Assembly: GCA_904384205.1 (NCBI GenBank)
Contig: CAJFJY010000006.1
Location: 1 to 42,907, forward strand
Length of the DNA stretch: 42,907 nucleotides
Direction: 5' to 3'
Source of the DNA: an uncultured Clostridia bacterium
GTDB taxonomy: Bacteria; Bacillota; Clostridia; TANB77; CAG-508
Positions 20,401 through 32,728 of this stretch are shown one piece after another; the stretch's first letter is position 1, and every line of letters begins with the position of its first letter. The notes under the pieces are model-generated. The model saw nothing but the letters and a program-made list of their open reading frames with translations, ran no database searches and was not told where the DNA came from. The position numbers and the translations under genes are program-made.

Positions 20401-21227
20401 TGTGCTATATTATATGTATTGTCCCAATTATTTAAATTGTTTTGCAAATTTTTTAGTTGCTCTATATCACTTAAAATAGCATTTTTAAAATCTTCTAATT
20501 CTACATCGTATGACAAACTTGAAACTACATCCTTTAACATCGCCATATCATCTTGAACTTCTTCAGATACATCATTTAATAAGATTGTTCCCCATATAGT
20601 TTGGCTAAAATCTTCGTCTAGTTTATCTTTTAAATTGAACATCTCTACTTTTTCTTGTAACCATTCTAAAGGTGATGGATTAGATGATATAAAGTTATAT
20701 ATCTTTAATATTAAATCTTTTAGTGGTGTGTCATCTCGATAATTCGTATATGTTTTTATTAAATCAGTAAAATTCTCATCTTCATTAATGTATTTCTCTT
20801 CAAAAATTTCATCCAATGTTTCTTGTTTTAAAAGTTCAATCTCTGTTGTTTCTGCTATTCTGAAATTTGGAGATATATTTTCTAATTCATAAAAATGATT
20901 TTTGACTATATCTAGACAAAAAGAATCAATTGTACAAATTTGAGCCATATTTATTAATGTAATTTGTCTTTGTAAATCCTTATTTTCTGGATCTTCTTCT
21001 ATTTTCTTATATAAAGCATCTAATACTCTTTCTTTCATTTCTGCTGCAGCTGCATTTGTGAATGTCACTACTAATAGCTTGTCTATATCTATTTTTTCGT
21101 TTATAACTTTATTTATAATCCTCTCAACTAAAACTGCTGTCTTACCACTTCCAGCAGCCGCTGCAACTAATATGTTTGTTCCTTTTTTATAAATTGCTTG
21201 CTTTTGCTCTTTTGTCCAATTTGGCAT
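17484..21227 (-). CDS. addA: Helicase-nuclease AddAB subunit A
   Basis: AAAGSGKTAVLVERI, TFTNAAAAEM, IDEYQD, VGDVKQSIYKFRQA, SIHKSKGLEF, YVALTRAKE, C-terminal GIIDL...DYKTD nuclease. Confidence 0.93.
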   Translation of the reverse strand: MPNWTKEQKQAIYKKGTNILVAAAAGSGKTAVLVERIINKVINEKIDIDKLLVVTFTNAAAAEMKERVLDALYKKIEEDPENKDLQRQITLINMAQICTIDSFCLDIVKNHFYELENISPNFRIAETTEIELLKQETLDEIFEEKYINEDENFTDLIKTYTNYRDDTPLKDLILKIYNFISSNPSPLEWLQEKVEMFNLKDKLDEDFSQTIWGTILLNDVSEEVQDDMAMLKDVVSSLSYDVELEDFKNAILSDIEQLKNLQNNLNNWDNTYNIAQNFKFIDWPRKKVTSDIKDEAKAIRDQVRKKLYDKLNNTFVSDSKQSNQDIYDMYKTLTKLKDLIIEFDKQFSKKKREKNILDFSDIEHFALSILVKKDEQGNLVKTEVAEKYTQKFEEIAIDEYQDSNLVQETILTSVSRGNNLFMVGDVKQSIYKFRQAMPKLFLSKYNEYEIVEDEAEKLETIQDMKKGKKIQLFKNFRSRGNILDFTNLVFQNIMSEKIGEIEYNKNEYLNLGATDYKETNQELKTEIDIIESTHNEDAEEIEISSDNDDEIQDLEKIEDIEIEAKYIAKKIKELVQSKYQIYDRKAESFRDIKYKDIVILLRSTKEKANIYEQEMINLGIPVFSDSSEQYLETIEIQTILNLLKIIDNPIQDIPLVSVLRSNIGKFTDNELVEIRLSDKYDNFYNCMQKAVPNVNSKLKEKINNFLENLQKWRKEKEYLALDELIWKIYIETGFYNYVGLMPNGELRQANLKMLFEKARQYESASFKGLYNFIQFMEKLQLSSGDMGTAKIIGENDDVVRIMSIHKSKGLEFPVVFLANTNKQFNMQDIRKDSVLLHQDLGIGVKYINYDEQIQYDTLSREALKKQVENENISEEMRILYVALTRAKEKLYITGIGKDIQEKIEKWENLNKIYPKENGKINHLLIKKAKSYLDWIILVYINAKESHSLKLEIKDKKEEMNKWNKLLNNVPENIQEETEFEHQENLYKTIQKELEYKYAFLASTVIPTKISVTKIKELEQEKIQSLEEITSQQRSHTKNIEKSTEKLKETENIKTSSKEEKSEFRKPEFLKENKDEKLTSAQKGTITHLCLQKLDAKKEYNLEEIQNFIIELQNTNILTEKEAKSVNPYKILEFTKSQIGQDLKEAKEIYKEKPFYLNIPAKEIYEDENIDENILVQGIIDLYYIDKNDNLILVDYKTDYVPEGKENELISKYNSQLSLYKTALEEALSRKVDKKYIYSIYLGKALEI

Positions 21228-21247
21228 TTAATTTCCTCCTTTAACCA

Positions 21248-21386
21248 GGGATTTTGGGGACGGACTCATTTTTCCCTTTAATTTATTTAAATATTATTTT
21301 AAAAAACATATATATAATGAAGTGAATGCGCAGTTTGGAAGGATGTCATCAAGAAAAGGGAAAAATGAGTCCGTCCCCAAAATCCC
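21248..21386. repeat. GGGAC/GTCCC element, copy 6; perfect 32-bp inverted repeat with a 75-nt spacer
   Basis: gggattttggggacggactcatttttcccttt (21248-21279) / aaagggaaaaatgagtccgtccccaaaatccc (21355-21386); 1 bp from the obg TAG. Confidence 0.9.
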
Positions 21387-21387
21387 C

Positions 21388-23880
<2,493 letters not shown>

Positions 23881-23909
<29 letters not shown>

Positions 23910-25251
23910 TTAGGTCATATTCGTTCGTTTCTATGATTTTGCATTTCACAAATTGGTTTACTAAATCTTGATTTTTTTCGTTTTTAATGTATACTAATCC
24001 GTCTATTTCTGGCACATCTTGCATTGTTCTACCTATTAGATATTTTCCGTCAAATGATTTATCTTCTATTAGAACTTCATATTCTTTTCCTATTTTACTT
24101 TTTTGTATTTCTTCTGATATTCCTTTTTGTTCTTTCATTATTTGATTATATCTTGATTTTTTTGTATTTCCATGTATTTGATTAGGTAATTTTTCAGCTG
24201 GTGTTCCTTCTTCTTTTGAATACATGAATGTTCCTAGTTTATCAAATTTTGCTGTTTTTATAAATTGTTTTAATTCTTCAAATTCTTCTTCCGTTTCTCC
24301 TGGGAATCCTACTATTAGACTTGTTCTTAATGTTACATCTGGTATTTTGCTTCTGATTTTTTCTAATAGTTCTGTTATTTGTTTTTTACTTGTTTTTCTA
24401 TTCATTCTTTTTAATACATTATCAGATATATGTTGTATTGGTATATCAAAATATTTTGATATTTTTTTATTGCTAGCTACTGTTTCTATTAGTTCATCTG
24501 TTATTCCTTCTGGATAAGAATATAGAAAATGTATCCATTTTATTTCTTTTATTTTACTTATTTCTTGCAATAATTTTGCAAGTTTTGGTTCTCCATATAT
24601 ATCTATTCCATATTTGGTTGTATCTTGTGCTATTACTATTATTTCTTTTATTCCTTTTTTTGCAAGCATTTTGGCTTCATTTATGATATCTTCCATTTTT
24701 CTACTTACAAATGGTCCTCTTATATATGGTATTGCACAATATGTACATTTATTGCTACATCCTTCTCCTATTTTTAGATATGCATAATTTTTTCCTGTTG
24801 TTATTGTTCTATTTATATATTGTTCATAACTAAACATTGGCAATGGTTTTATTTCTGATATTTTTTTACTTGTTTTGTTTTTTGTTTTTGTTGCGATATC
24901 TCTTTTTACTAAATCTTCTATCATATTCCAAATTTTATCGTAGTCTTCTAGTTTGATAAATAAATCTACTTCTGGTAATAATTTTATTAGCTCATTATAA
25001 TATCTTTGTACTAGGCATCCCATCACTATTAGATATTTGCATTTCTCCTTTTTGTAATTTGCCATTTCTAAAATAGTATTTATAGCTTCTTCTTTTGCTT
25101 GGTCTATAAATCCACAAGTGTTGATTGCAATTATATCTGCTTCTTCTGGATTATTTACTATTTTATAATTGTTTTGTTTAAACATTCCTATTGTTATTTC
25201 TGTATCTATTAAATTTTTGCTACATCCTAGTGATACAAATCCTATTTTCAT
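23881..25251 (-). CDS. rimO: Ribosomal protein S12 methylthiotransferase
   Basis: SLGCSKNLID, NTCGFI, GCLVQRY, EGCSNKCTYCAIP, AQDTT.YG, IVGFPGET, C-terminal TRAM with PEIDG; start ATG 25251. Confidence 0.92.
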
Positions 25252-25290
25252 TTTGATTAGCTTTCCTTTCAATGTTTTTTACTTTTATTT

Positions 25291-26475
25291 TTAGCTATCT
25301 TTATGACTACATATATGTTTTCTGGTCATTTCTAGTAAGTCTAATTTTGTGAATCCTTCTACTTGTGTTTTGCTTCTATCTTTTTTTAGTTCTTCTTTTA
25401 ATAGTTCTTCTATTTTACTTTTATTGTTTTTATTTGTCATGTCTATATAGTCTATTATAATGATTCCACCAATATCTCTTAATCTAAGTTGTTTTGCTAT
25501 TTCTATTGTAGCTTCTTTATTTACATTATATATTGTGTCATCTAAATTTTTACTTCCTATGTACTTTCCTGTATTTACATCAATTGCTGTTAATGCTTCT
25601 GTTTTGTCTATTGTTATAAATCCTCCGCATTTTAGCCATATTTTTCTTTTTTCTAGTTTTTCAATTTGTTTTACTAAATCATATTTTTCAAATATATTAT
25701 CTTGTGATAATTCTAATTTTACATTTGATACTTCTGGATTTTCCTTTAAATATTCTTTTAAATTTTCATATTCTTTTGCACTATTTGTAATGATTTTTTC
25801 TAATTTCTTATTTTCTGATAAATCTATAAGCATTTTTTGTATTATTGATTCAGACTTATATATTAATTCACTTTTATTTTTGCTTTTTTCATACTTTTCC
25901 TTTATTTTATTCCATTTTTCTTCTGTTCTTTTTAGATCCTCAATGATTTCTTTTTCTTTTCCCTTAGCAGAAGTTCTTATAACTGCTCCATTTCCTTTGC
26001 TGATATTTTCTTTTACTAATTTTATCAATCTGTCTTGTTCATTTTTTTCTTCTATTTTTTGTGATATTGTTACAAATTCTGTATTTGGCATAAATACAAT
26101 GTATTTGCTTGGTAAACTTATATGTGTTGATACTCTAGCTCCTTTTTGCTCATTGCTATCCTTTTTTATTTGGACTAATATTTTTTGCCCTGGTTTTACT
26201 AATTCTTTTATACTAATATTTTTATTAATTTCGTTTTTTGTTTCATCTACTTTTGGTAATATATCTTTTATATGTATAAAACTATTTTTTTCAGTTCCGA
26301 TATCAATGAATGCTGATTGCATTCCTACTATTATATCTTTAACTGTTCCTACATATATATTTCCTTCTCTTCTATTTGATTCTTTATCTTCTTCATAGTA
26401 TTCTATTAGATTTCCATTTTCTACTAATGCTATTTTTTCTTCTTTGTTTTTTTCTTCTACTAATATCTCTAACAT
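25291..26475 (-). CDS. rng: Rne/Rng-family ribonuclease (RNase G/CafA-like)
   Basis: GNIYVG.V...GMQSAFIDIG S1 domain, TEALTAIDVNTG, LRLRDIGGIIIIDYIDM. Confidence 0.88.
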   Translation of the reverse strand: MLEILVEEKNKEEKIALVENGNLIEYYEEDKESNRREGNIYVGTVKDIIVGMQSAFIDIGTEKNSFIHIKDILPKVDETKNEINKNISIKELVKPGQKILVQIKKDSNEQKGARVSTHISLPSKYIVFMPNTEFVTISQKIEEKNEQDRLIKLVKENISKGNGAVIRTSAKGKEKEIIEDLKRTEEKWNKIKEKYEKSKNKSELIYKSESIIQKMLIDLSENKKLEKIITNSAKEYENLKEYLKENPEVSNVKLELSQDNIFEKYDLVKQIEKLEKRKIWLKCGGFITIDKTEALTAIDVNTGKYIGSKNLDDTIYNVNKEATIEIAKQLRLRDIGGIIIIDYIDMTNKNNKSKIEELLKEELKKDRSKTQVEGFTKLDLLEMTRKHICSHKDS

Positions 26476-26543
26476 TTTCTGCCTCTTTCTTTTCTCAAAT
26501 TTACTGATTTTTGTACAACAAATACTGCTTTTAGGAAATTTTT

Positions 26544-27101
26544 CTAATTAAATTTATTCATTGCTGTATCTACATCACTTTTTAATATTTCAATTACAGC
26601 ATCTGCTGCTTTTTTTACTCCTTCTTCTAATATTTCCATTTCTTCTTTGCTTACATATCCTATCACATAGTTTATTTTGTCATATTCATTATCAGGTTTT
26701 CCAATTCCTATTCTTATTCTTGGAAATTCTTTTGAACCTAGATTTTCTACAATTGATTTCATTCCATTATGCGATCCTGGTCCACCTTTTTTTCTTATTT
26801 TGATGGCTCCTTTTTCTATGTCCATGTCATCATATATTACTATAATATTTTCTATTGGGATATTATAGTATTCCACTATTTCTTTTATTGATTCTCCACT
26901 TAGATTCATAAATGTTTGGGGTTTTAATAAAATGACTTTTTGTCCTTCTATATTGCATATTTCATATAAACCTTTAAATTTCTTTTTTGTTACACTGATG
27001 TTATATCTTTTTGCTATTTCGTTAATTGTATCAAAACCCATATTATGTCTTGTATTTGAATAATCTTCCTCTGGATTTCCTAGTCCAACTATTAGATACA
27101 T
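26544..27101 (-). CDS. pth: Peptidyl-tRNA hydrolase
   Basis: LIVGLGNP..Y..TRHNMGF, KPQTFMNLSG, GSHNGMKS, RIRIGIG. Confidence 0.96.
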   Translation of the reverse strand: MYLIVGLGNPEEDYSNTRHNMGFDTINEIAKRYNISVTKKKFKGLYEICNIEGQKVILLKPQTFMNLSGESIKEIVEYYNIPIENIIVIYDDMDIEKGAIKIRKKGGPGSHNGMKSIVENLGSKEFPRIRIGIGKPDNEYDKINYVIGYVSKEEMEILEEGVKKAADAVIEILKSDVDTAMNKFN

Positions 27102-27156
27102 ATTATCGCTCCTTTTATACCCGTATATTTTACATTATTTTTGCGTTTTTTTCAAG

Positions 27157-27326
27157 TATTTTACTTTATAGAAAATTATATTTTCTATAAAGTAAAATAT
27201 AGATGCACAGAAAAATTGCTTTGCAATTTTTCGCGTCGACAAATCTTATACGCTTCTTGCTAGACCTTAAATTAATGTACCAAATATTAAAAATTAGAGA
27301 AAAGGTCTAGCGAAGCTAGATTTGTC
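27157..27326. other. Three-stem structured intergenic element, copy A (same architecture as 38580-38726)
   Basis: Perfect 20-bp hairpin 27157-27199; TGCACA-hairpin-GCG; bulged stem gacaaatct/agatttgtc, gcttc/gaagc, gctagacctt/aaggtctagc. Confidence 0.7.
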
Positions 27327-27332
27327 CTTATT

Positions 27333-27818
27333 TTATAATTTTTCTGCAAATCTTGCTGAATGTGCATGACATATTGCCATAGCCATACTATCAGTTATAT
27401 CATCAAGTTTTGGAAGCTTATCTACATTTAGAATCATTTTTACCATTCTTTGTACTTGTATTTTATCTGCTCTACCATATCCTGTTACCGCTTGTTTTAC
27501 TTGAAGTGGTGTATATTCATAAATGTCTAGATTATTTTGCCTTGCTGTAATTAATATTACTCCTCTTGCCTGTGCAACATTTATTGCCGTTTTTGCATTA
27601 TTGTTAAAAAACAACTCCTCTATAGCCATAGCATCTGGCTTATACATCTTTATTATATTATCCAGTTCTTTGTTTATTTTTTCTAATCTTAATGGAAAAG
27701 ATGTTTTCGCCTCTGTCAATATTGCCCCTGATGTTTCTAAATGAAATTTATTTCCAATGTAATCTATGATACTATATCCTGTTATTGCAAATCCTGGATC
27801 TACTCCTAATATTCTCAT
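27333..27818 (-). CDS. ruvC: Holliday junction resolvase RuvC
   Basis: MRILGVDPG, IEELFF, QARGV, EYTPLQVKQAVTGYGRADK, DDITDSMAMA. Confidence 0.95.
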   Translation of the reverse strand: MRILGVDPGFAITGYSIIDYIGNKFHLETSGAILTEAKTSFPLRLEKINKELDNIIKMYKPDAMAIEELFFNNNAKTAINVAQARGVILITARQNNLDIYEYTPLQVKQAVTGYGRADKIQVQRMVKMILNVDKLPKLDDITDSMAMAICHAHSARFAEKL

Positions 27819-27899
27819 TTTTATCACATTCCTTTTAACGTATTTTTCCTTTAGTTCGTCTTTTGTATTATATCATATCATTTTACAAATTCAAGCTTT

Positions 27900-28029
27900 T
27901 AGGGACATACCCAGCAAAACAAAATTGTCCAATTAGGAAGACCTTGTTTGGTCTGTCCCTTTTGGACAATTTTTGAACTTTTGGGACGTAGCATTTCGTG
28001 CAAATTTTGTTCAATTTGATACGTCCCTA
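27900..28029. repeat. GGGAC/GTCCC element, copy 9 (composite of two units)
   Basis: agggaca...tgtccct, then gggacgtagc...atttgatacgtccc; includes the TAG (28027-28029) of the upstream gene. Confidence 0.8.
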
Positions 28030-30051
28030 ATTGACAATTTTAATTATTGCTGCTACGCTCCATGCTTGTGATACTGCTCCTTTTGGTTCGAAAGGTTTTA
28101 TTGAATCATATATTTCTGCAATACTTCCTATACAGCCTCTTTCATTTATTTCTTTCTTGAATGTGTTTAATACATCCAATTTGAATTTTCCTATTTTTTC
28201 TTCTATTTCTTTTTTGTCTTTCTTTATTTTTGTTGCATTTGCCATGTTTACTAATGCATCATAATATATTTCAAGTAACCAAACCCAAGTTATTCCTTGG
28301 TGATAGCTCATATCTCTTTTTCTGGCTTCTCCTTCATATATTTCTACATAGTTATCTTCTCCTTTTGCCAATGTTTTTAGTCCATATTTATTTAATAGTT
28401 TTTTCTCTACTGTATTTATGATATTTTTTGCTATTTCTGAATTTGGCTCTATTACTGGATATGTTAAACTTAATGCAAATAGTTGGTTTGGTCTTATTTT
28501 ACTATCTCCTAACACATCATACAAAGATTTTCTTCTTGCATTATAGAATTTGTTATTAAATGATATTTTGCAGTTTTCTGCTAGTTCTTTATATTTTTTG
28601 ACTTCACTTTTTTTACCTATTTTAGATGTTAAGTTTGCCATTATCATTAGGCTATTATACCACATACTATTTATTTCAACTGCTTTTCCATTTCTTGGTG
28701 TTACTGCATAATCTCCTATCTTGACATCCATCCATGTATTTTGTGTACTTTCTGTTCCTGATACTAGCAAATAATCTGAATCTAGGTATATGTTGTTATT
28801 ATCGACATCTATTCCATTTATGTAGTTTTCTATTATATCTTCTAGTTTTTTATATACATTTTCTTTTATAAAATTATAATCTCCTGTATATTCTAAGTAT
28901 TTTTGTATTGCTTCAAATAAAAGTAATGATGCATCTACACTATTATATAATGGTCTATTGTCATATCCTGAGTATCCATTTGGTACTAATCCATATTTGA
29001 TATCTCTTATCATTGTTAAAATTACTTCTTTTGCTATTTCATATCTTTTTGGTATTAGTAATAAGCCTTCAAATGAGATTAGTGAGTCTCTGCCCCAATC
29101 CAAAAACCAGTGATATCCTGCAATTATTGTATGTAGATTAAATGATGTCCTTTTTACTATGAAATCGTCTGATGTTGCAATTAGTTCTTTTAATAATTCT
29201 TGCTTCTCTTTATTATATTTGCTTTCTTCCATTAATTTTGTGTCTTGTATTATTTTTTCTTTTCTTTCTTTTTCCCTTTTCATTAGTTCTTTAACATTTA
29301 TTTCATCAATATTTTCTTCAAATGAACATATGAATGATAATTCTCTTTCTTCATGAGGTCTTATTCCTACTTCATAACTACCTACTACTATATGATTTTC
29401 TTCTGGATAAAATCCTCTTTTTTCTTCTTCAATATAGAACATATTGTAGAATATGTCATTTTCATGTGGATGATATTTTCCTTCTGATAAATACATATAT
29501 ATTGGGTTTTGTTTATGATTATCTATTATTATTTTTACTTTATTTCTTTTTATATCTTGTCTTAATTCAAATTTAGAATTTGTATTTATTGAATGGAAAT
29601 CTCTGAAATTCATTATTGGTGATATTGTCAATTTTGCATCTTTTTCTCCGTTTTTTATTTTATAATATAGCCCTACTGTGTTTTTTCCATATTCCATACA
29701 TATTGATTTTGTTATTACTGTATCTTCTACTTTATATGTAAATGTAGGATAATATTCTTTCTCAAAACTTTCTTGATATTCAAAGCCTTTTGATATATAG
29801 TCATTTCCTATATTTGTAAACAAATCATATTTTTTATCATTTAGTTCTAGGCTTTCATCTAGTTTTGATAATATTAGGAATCTCATTGCTGGTGGAGATA
29901 TTGGTGCTATTAATAACCCATGATATTTTCTGGTATTTGCTCCAATTATGCTAGAACTTGCAAATCCTCCTAATCCATTTGTGATTATCCATTCTCTCTT
30001 TAGTCCTTTTTCTAGATTTAGATTTTCCTTTGTAATTTTCATTGCTTTCAT
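28027..30051 (-). CDS. Glycogen debranching enzyme (amylo-alpha-1,6-glucosidase family)
   Basis: EWIITNGLGGFASS, RKYHGLL, IIAGYHWFLDWGRD, TWMD, RPNQ, YHQG..W.WL, SQAWSVA. Confidence 0.9.
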   Translation of the reverse strand: MKAMKITKENLNLEKGLKREWIITNGLGGFASSSIIGANTRKYHGLLIAPISPPAMRFLILSKLDESLELNDKKYDLFTNIGNDYISKGFEYQESFEKEYYPTFTYKVEDTVITKSICMEYGKNTVGLYYKIKNGEKDAKLTISPIMNFRDFHSINTNSKFELRQDIKRNKVKIIIDNHKQNPIYMYLSEGKYHPHENDIFYNMFYIEEEKRGFYPEENHIVVGSYEVGIRPHEERELSFICSFEENIDEINVKELMKREKERKEKIIQDTKLMEESKYNKEKQELLKELIATSDDFIVKRTSFNLHTIIAGYHWFLDWGRDSLISFEGLLLIPKRYEIAKEVILTMIRDIKYGLVPNGYSGYDNRPLYNSVDASLLLFEAIQKYLEYTGDYNFIKENVYKKLEDIIENYINGIDVDNNNIYLDSDYLLVSGTESTQNTWMDVKIGDYAVTPRNGKAVEINSMWYNSLMIMANLTSKIGKKSEVKKYKELAENCKISFNNKFYNARRKSLYDVLGDSKIRPNQLFALSLTYPVIEPNSEIAKNIINTVEKKLLNKYGLKTLAKGEDNYVEIYEGEARKRDMSYHQGITWVWLLEIYYDALVNMANATKIKKDKKEIEEKIGKFKLDVLNTFKKEINERGCIGSIAEIYDSIKPFEPKGAVSQAWSVAAIIKIVN

Positions 30052-30087
30052 TCCTTTCTCTTATGAAATATCCAAAAATGATTTATT

Positions 30088-31761
30088 TTAACCTTTTAAT
30101 TTACTGTTTTCTAGTTCTTTAATCATTTCTTCTCTAATTTCTTGTGGTGTTTTACTTGTTTTTCTTCTTACTTCTGATGAATGTTTTCCTTTTTGCACTT
30201 TGTTTTTTGTTTCTACATTTGTTTTCAATGTTTTACTTCTTACTTTAGTTTGACTTGTTTTTCTTTGTTGATTTTTCTTTTTAGTCTTTTCGTCTGCTTC
30301 TTTTATTGATGCTATTCTTTCACTATATTTACTGCTAAATTTACTCTTTCCTCTTTTTGTTTCTTTAGCCTTACTTGGATTTTTTATGTTTTTCTTTTCT
30401 TTCTTTTCCATTTTTTTCTGTATTTTTTGTATTCTTTTATCTTCTCTTAATTTATTGCTTAACATCATGTATTGAGGATCATTTTGTTTATCTTGATATT
30501 TTAAGTCATCACATATTAACTCAATTATAGATGATGCAACTAAATTTGGATCATGTCTTATGTATCCATCTGTTACTGTTGCCAAATTTCGTTGTAAAAA
30601 TTTAATTCCTTTTATTTTATCTATATCTTGTTCTACTAAGTCTTGTCCATCTTTATTATATTTTTTGATTATTTCTGGAACAATTTCCCCTGTATCATAT
30701 ATACAATAATCAACTATTCCTTTTCCACAATGCTCTAGTATTGCGTTTATATGGTCTGATACTGTATAATTATCTGTTTGTCCTGGCTCTGTCATTATGT
30801 TACTTATATATATTTTTATTGCAACTGATTCCCTTATTGCTCTTGCAACATTATTTACTAATAAGTTTGGTATTACATTTGTATATAAACTTCCTGGTCC
30901 TATTATTATACAGTCAGCATTTTTTATTGCATCTAAAACTCCCGGAGCTGGTCTACAATTTGAAGGATTTAAATATATTCTATTTATTTTTGTTACTTTA
31001 TCATATACTACTTCTGCTAATCTTGATTTTTCTTTTACAACATATCCATTTTCTAATTCTGCTGTTATGTTCATTTCATCTAATGTTACAGGTATTACTC
31101 TTCCTGTTATATTTAATACTTCATTACTTTTCATAATGGAATCTGTAAAATCTCCATTTACTTTACTCATTGCTAGAAAATATATGTCAGAAAAAGATAA
31201 TCCTTTTAATTTTCCATCTTTGAATTTGTAATTAAATAATTTATCTAATTCTCCTTCTTCATTTTCTAATGATACTATACTATCTCTGATATCGTCTAAA
31301 GGTTTTGTTCCTAGTTCTTTTCTTGAAGTGCTTGCTTCTTCTCCATAATCAGATACTGTTACTATTGCTGTTAAATTATCTGTATATTTCTTTAATCCTG
31401 CTAAAACTGTATTTAATCCTGTTCCTCCACCTATGACAACTATATTTGGTCCTTGTTCATATACTTTTTTGTTGAATATTAATGATTTTATATTTACATT
31501 TTTTCTGTTTTCCATTCTATTGTCAGTTGATTCTACAAGTAACTCTAATGTTCTTTTATTTATATATATTAGCCCTATTACTATTGCTAGAAAACCTACT
31601 ACAAATATTACTATTATTTTACCAACTTCTTGGAATGATACTTCTTTTAAAACTAATATTTCTGCTATTCCATAACAAGCTAAAATTATTCCTACTAATA
31701 TTAAAAATATCCACCTTTTCATCTTTGTGCTAGATTTAAACCAATGCATAAATCCTTTCAT
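30088..31761 (-). CDS. YvcK/GlmR-family protein with N-terminal TM segments and a Lys-rich C-terminal tail
   Basis: VVIGGGTG, TAIVTVSD, IIGPGSLYTNVIPNLL, NIMTEPGQTD, RHDP. Confidence 0.88.
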   Translation of the reverse strand: MKGFMHWFKSSTKMKRWIFLILVGIILACYGIAEILVLKEVSFQEVGKIIVIFVVGFLAIVIGLIYINKRTLELLVESTDNRMENRKNVNIKSLIFNKKVYEQGPNIVVIGGGTGLNTVLAGLKKYTDNLTAIVTVSDYGEEASTSRKELGTKPLDDIRDSIVSLENEEGELDKLFNYKFKDGKLKGLSFSDIYFLAMSKVNGDFTDSIMKSNEVLNITGRVIPVTLDEMNITAELENGYVVKEKSRLAEVVYDKVTKINRIYLNPSNCRPAPGVLDAIKNADCIIIGPGSLYTNVIPNLLVNNVARAIRESVAIKIYISNIMTEPGQTDNYTVSDHINAILEHCGKGIVDYCIYDTGEIVPEIIKKYNKDGQDLVEQDIDKIKGIKFLQRNLATVTDGYIRHDPNLVASSIIELICDDLKYQDKQNDPQYMMLSNKLREDKRIQKIQKKMEKKEKKNIKNPSKAKETKRGKSKFSSKYSERIASIKEADEKTKKKNQQRKTSQTKVRSKTLKTNVETKNKVQKGKHSSEVRRKTSKTPQEIREEMIKELENSKLKG

Positions 31762-31793
31762 TTGATTTCCTTCCTTTCAGATATATAACTAAT

Positions 31794-32711
31794 TTATTCT
31801 CCTAAAACTTCTACTTCTAAGTTTATTTTTTCTCTATATTTATCATATATAGTTTTTTCTATATGCTCTATTAACTGTATTATATCTGTTGCTGTCGCAT
31901 TTCCTTTGTTTATTATAAATCCTGCATGTTTTTCTGAAACTTGTGCTCCTCCAATACTATATCCTTTTAATCCTGCTTCATCTATTAATTTTGCTGTTAT
32001 ATAGTTTTCTCCTCTTTTAAATGTACTTCCAGCACTTGGATATTCTAAAGGTTGTTTTTCTATTCTATATTTTTTGTATTCTTCCATCTTTTGTTTTATT
32101 TCTTCTTTTTTCCCTTTAGCTAATATAAAATTTGCTTCTAAAACTATGTATTTTTCATTTTTTAAGATACTGCTTCTATATGTAAATTTTAAATCCTTAT
32201 TTTCTAATTCTTTTATATTGCCTTTATAATCACATACAGTTACACTTTGTAAAATGTCTTTTATCTCTTTTCCATGTGCACCTGCATTCATTCTTATTGC
32301 TCCTCCTATTGTTCCTGGTATTCCTGACAATTCTTCAAGCCCACTGATTTCTTCATTAAGGAGCTTTTGTGCAATTTCTGTTAATTTATTTCCTGCTCCA
32401 ACATTTAATATTATTTTTCCTTCTTTTTCTTTTACATCATATTTTTTAATATTTATTTGTAAAACAATTCCTTTTATTCCGTTATCTTTTACTAGAATAT
32501 TACTTCCATTTCCTATTATTGTTATGTTTATATTATTTTCATTAGCAAAATCTAATATATCTTTAAGTTCTTTATAACTTTCTATTTTTATATAACATTC
32601 AGCTGGTCCACCTACTTTGAAACTAGTATGTAATTTCATCGGTTCATCATATTTTATTTTTTCTTTTGCTATTTTTAAGCTACTATGCTCTATTAAATGC
32701 TTTATGTCCAC
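31794..32711 (-). CDS. murB: UDP-N-acetylenolpyruvoylglucosamine reductase
   Basis: HTSFKVGGPA, GNGSN, GIPGTIGGAIRMNAGA, YRSS, QP..PSAGSTFK, SEKHAGF, LEVE. Confidence 0.95.
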   Translation of the reverse strand: MDIKHLIEHSSLKIAKEKIKYDEPMKLHTSFKVGGPAECYIKIESYKELKDILDFANENNINITIIGNGSNILVKDNGIKGIVLQINIKKYDVKEKEGKIILNVGAGNKLTEIAQKLLNEEISGLEELSGIPGTIGGAIRMNAGAHGKEIKDILQSVTVCDYKGNIKELENKDLKFTYRSSILKNEKYIVLEANFILAKGKKEEIKQKMEEYKKYRIEKQPLEYPSAGSTFKRGENYITAKLIDEAGLKGYSIGGAQVSEKHAGFIINKGNATATDIIQLIEHIEKTIYDKYREKINLEVEVLGE

Positions 32712-32728
32712 GAAAAAACCTCCTGATT

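Noticed and set aside
27333-27818. RuvC as a Cas/TnpB-related nuclease
   Set aside because: Size and motifs match the canonical Holliday junction resolvase.
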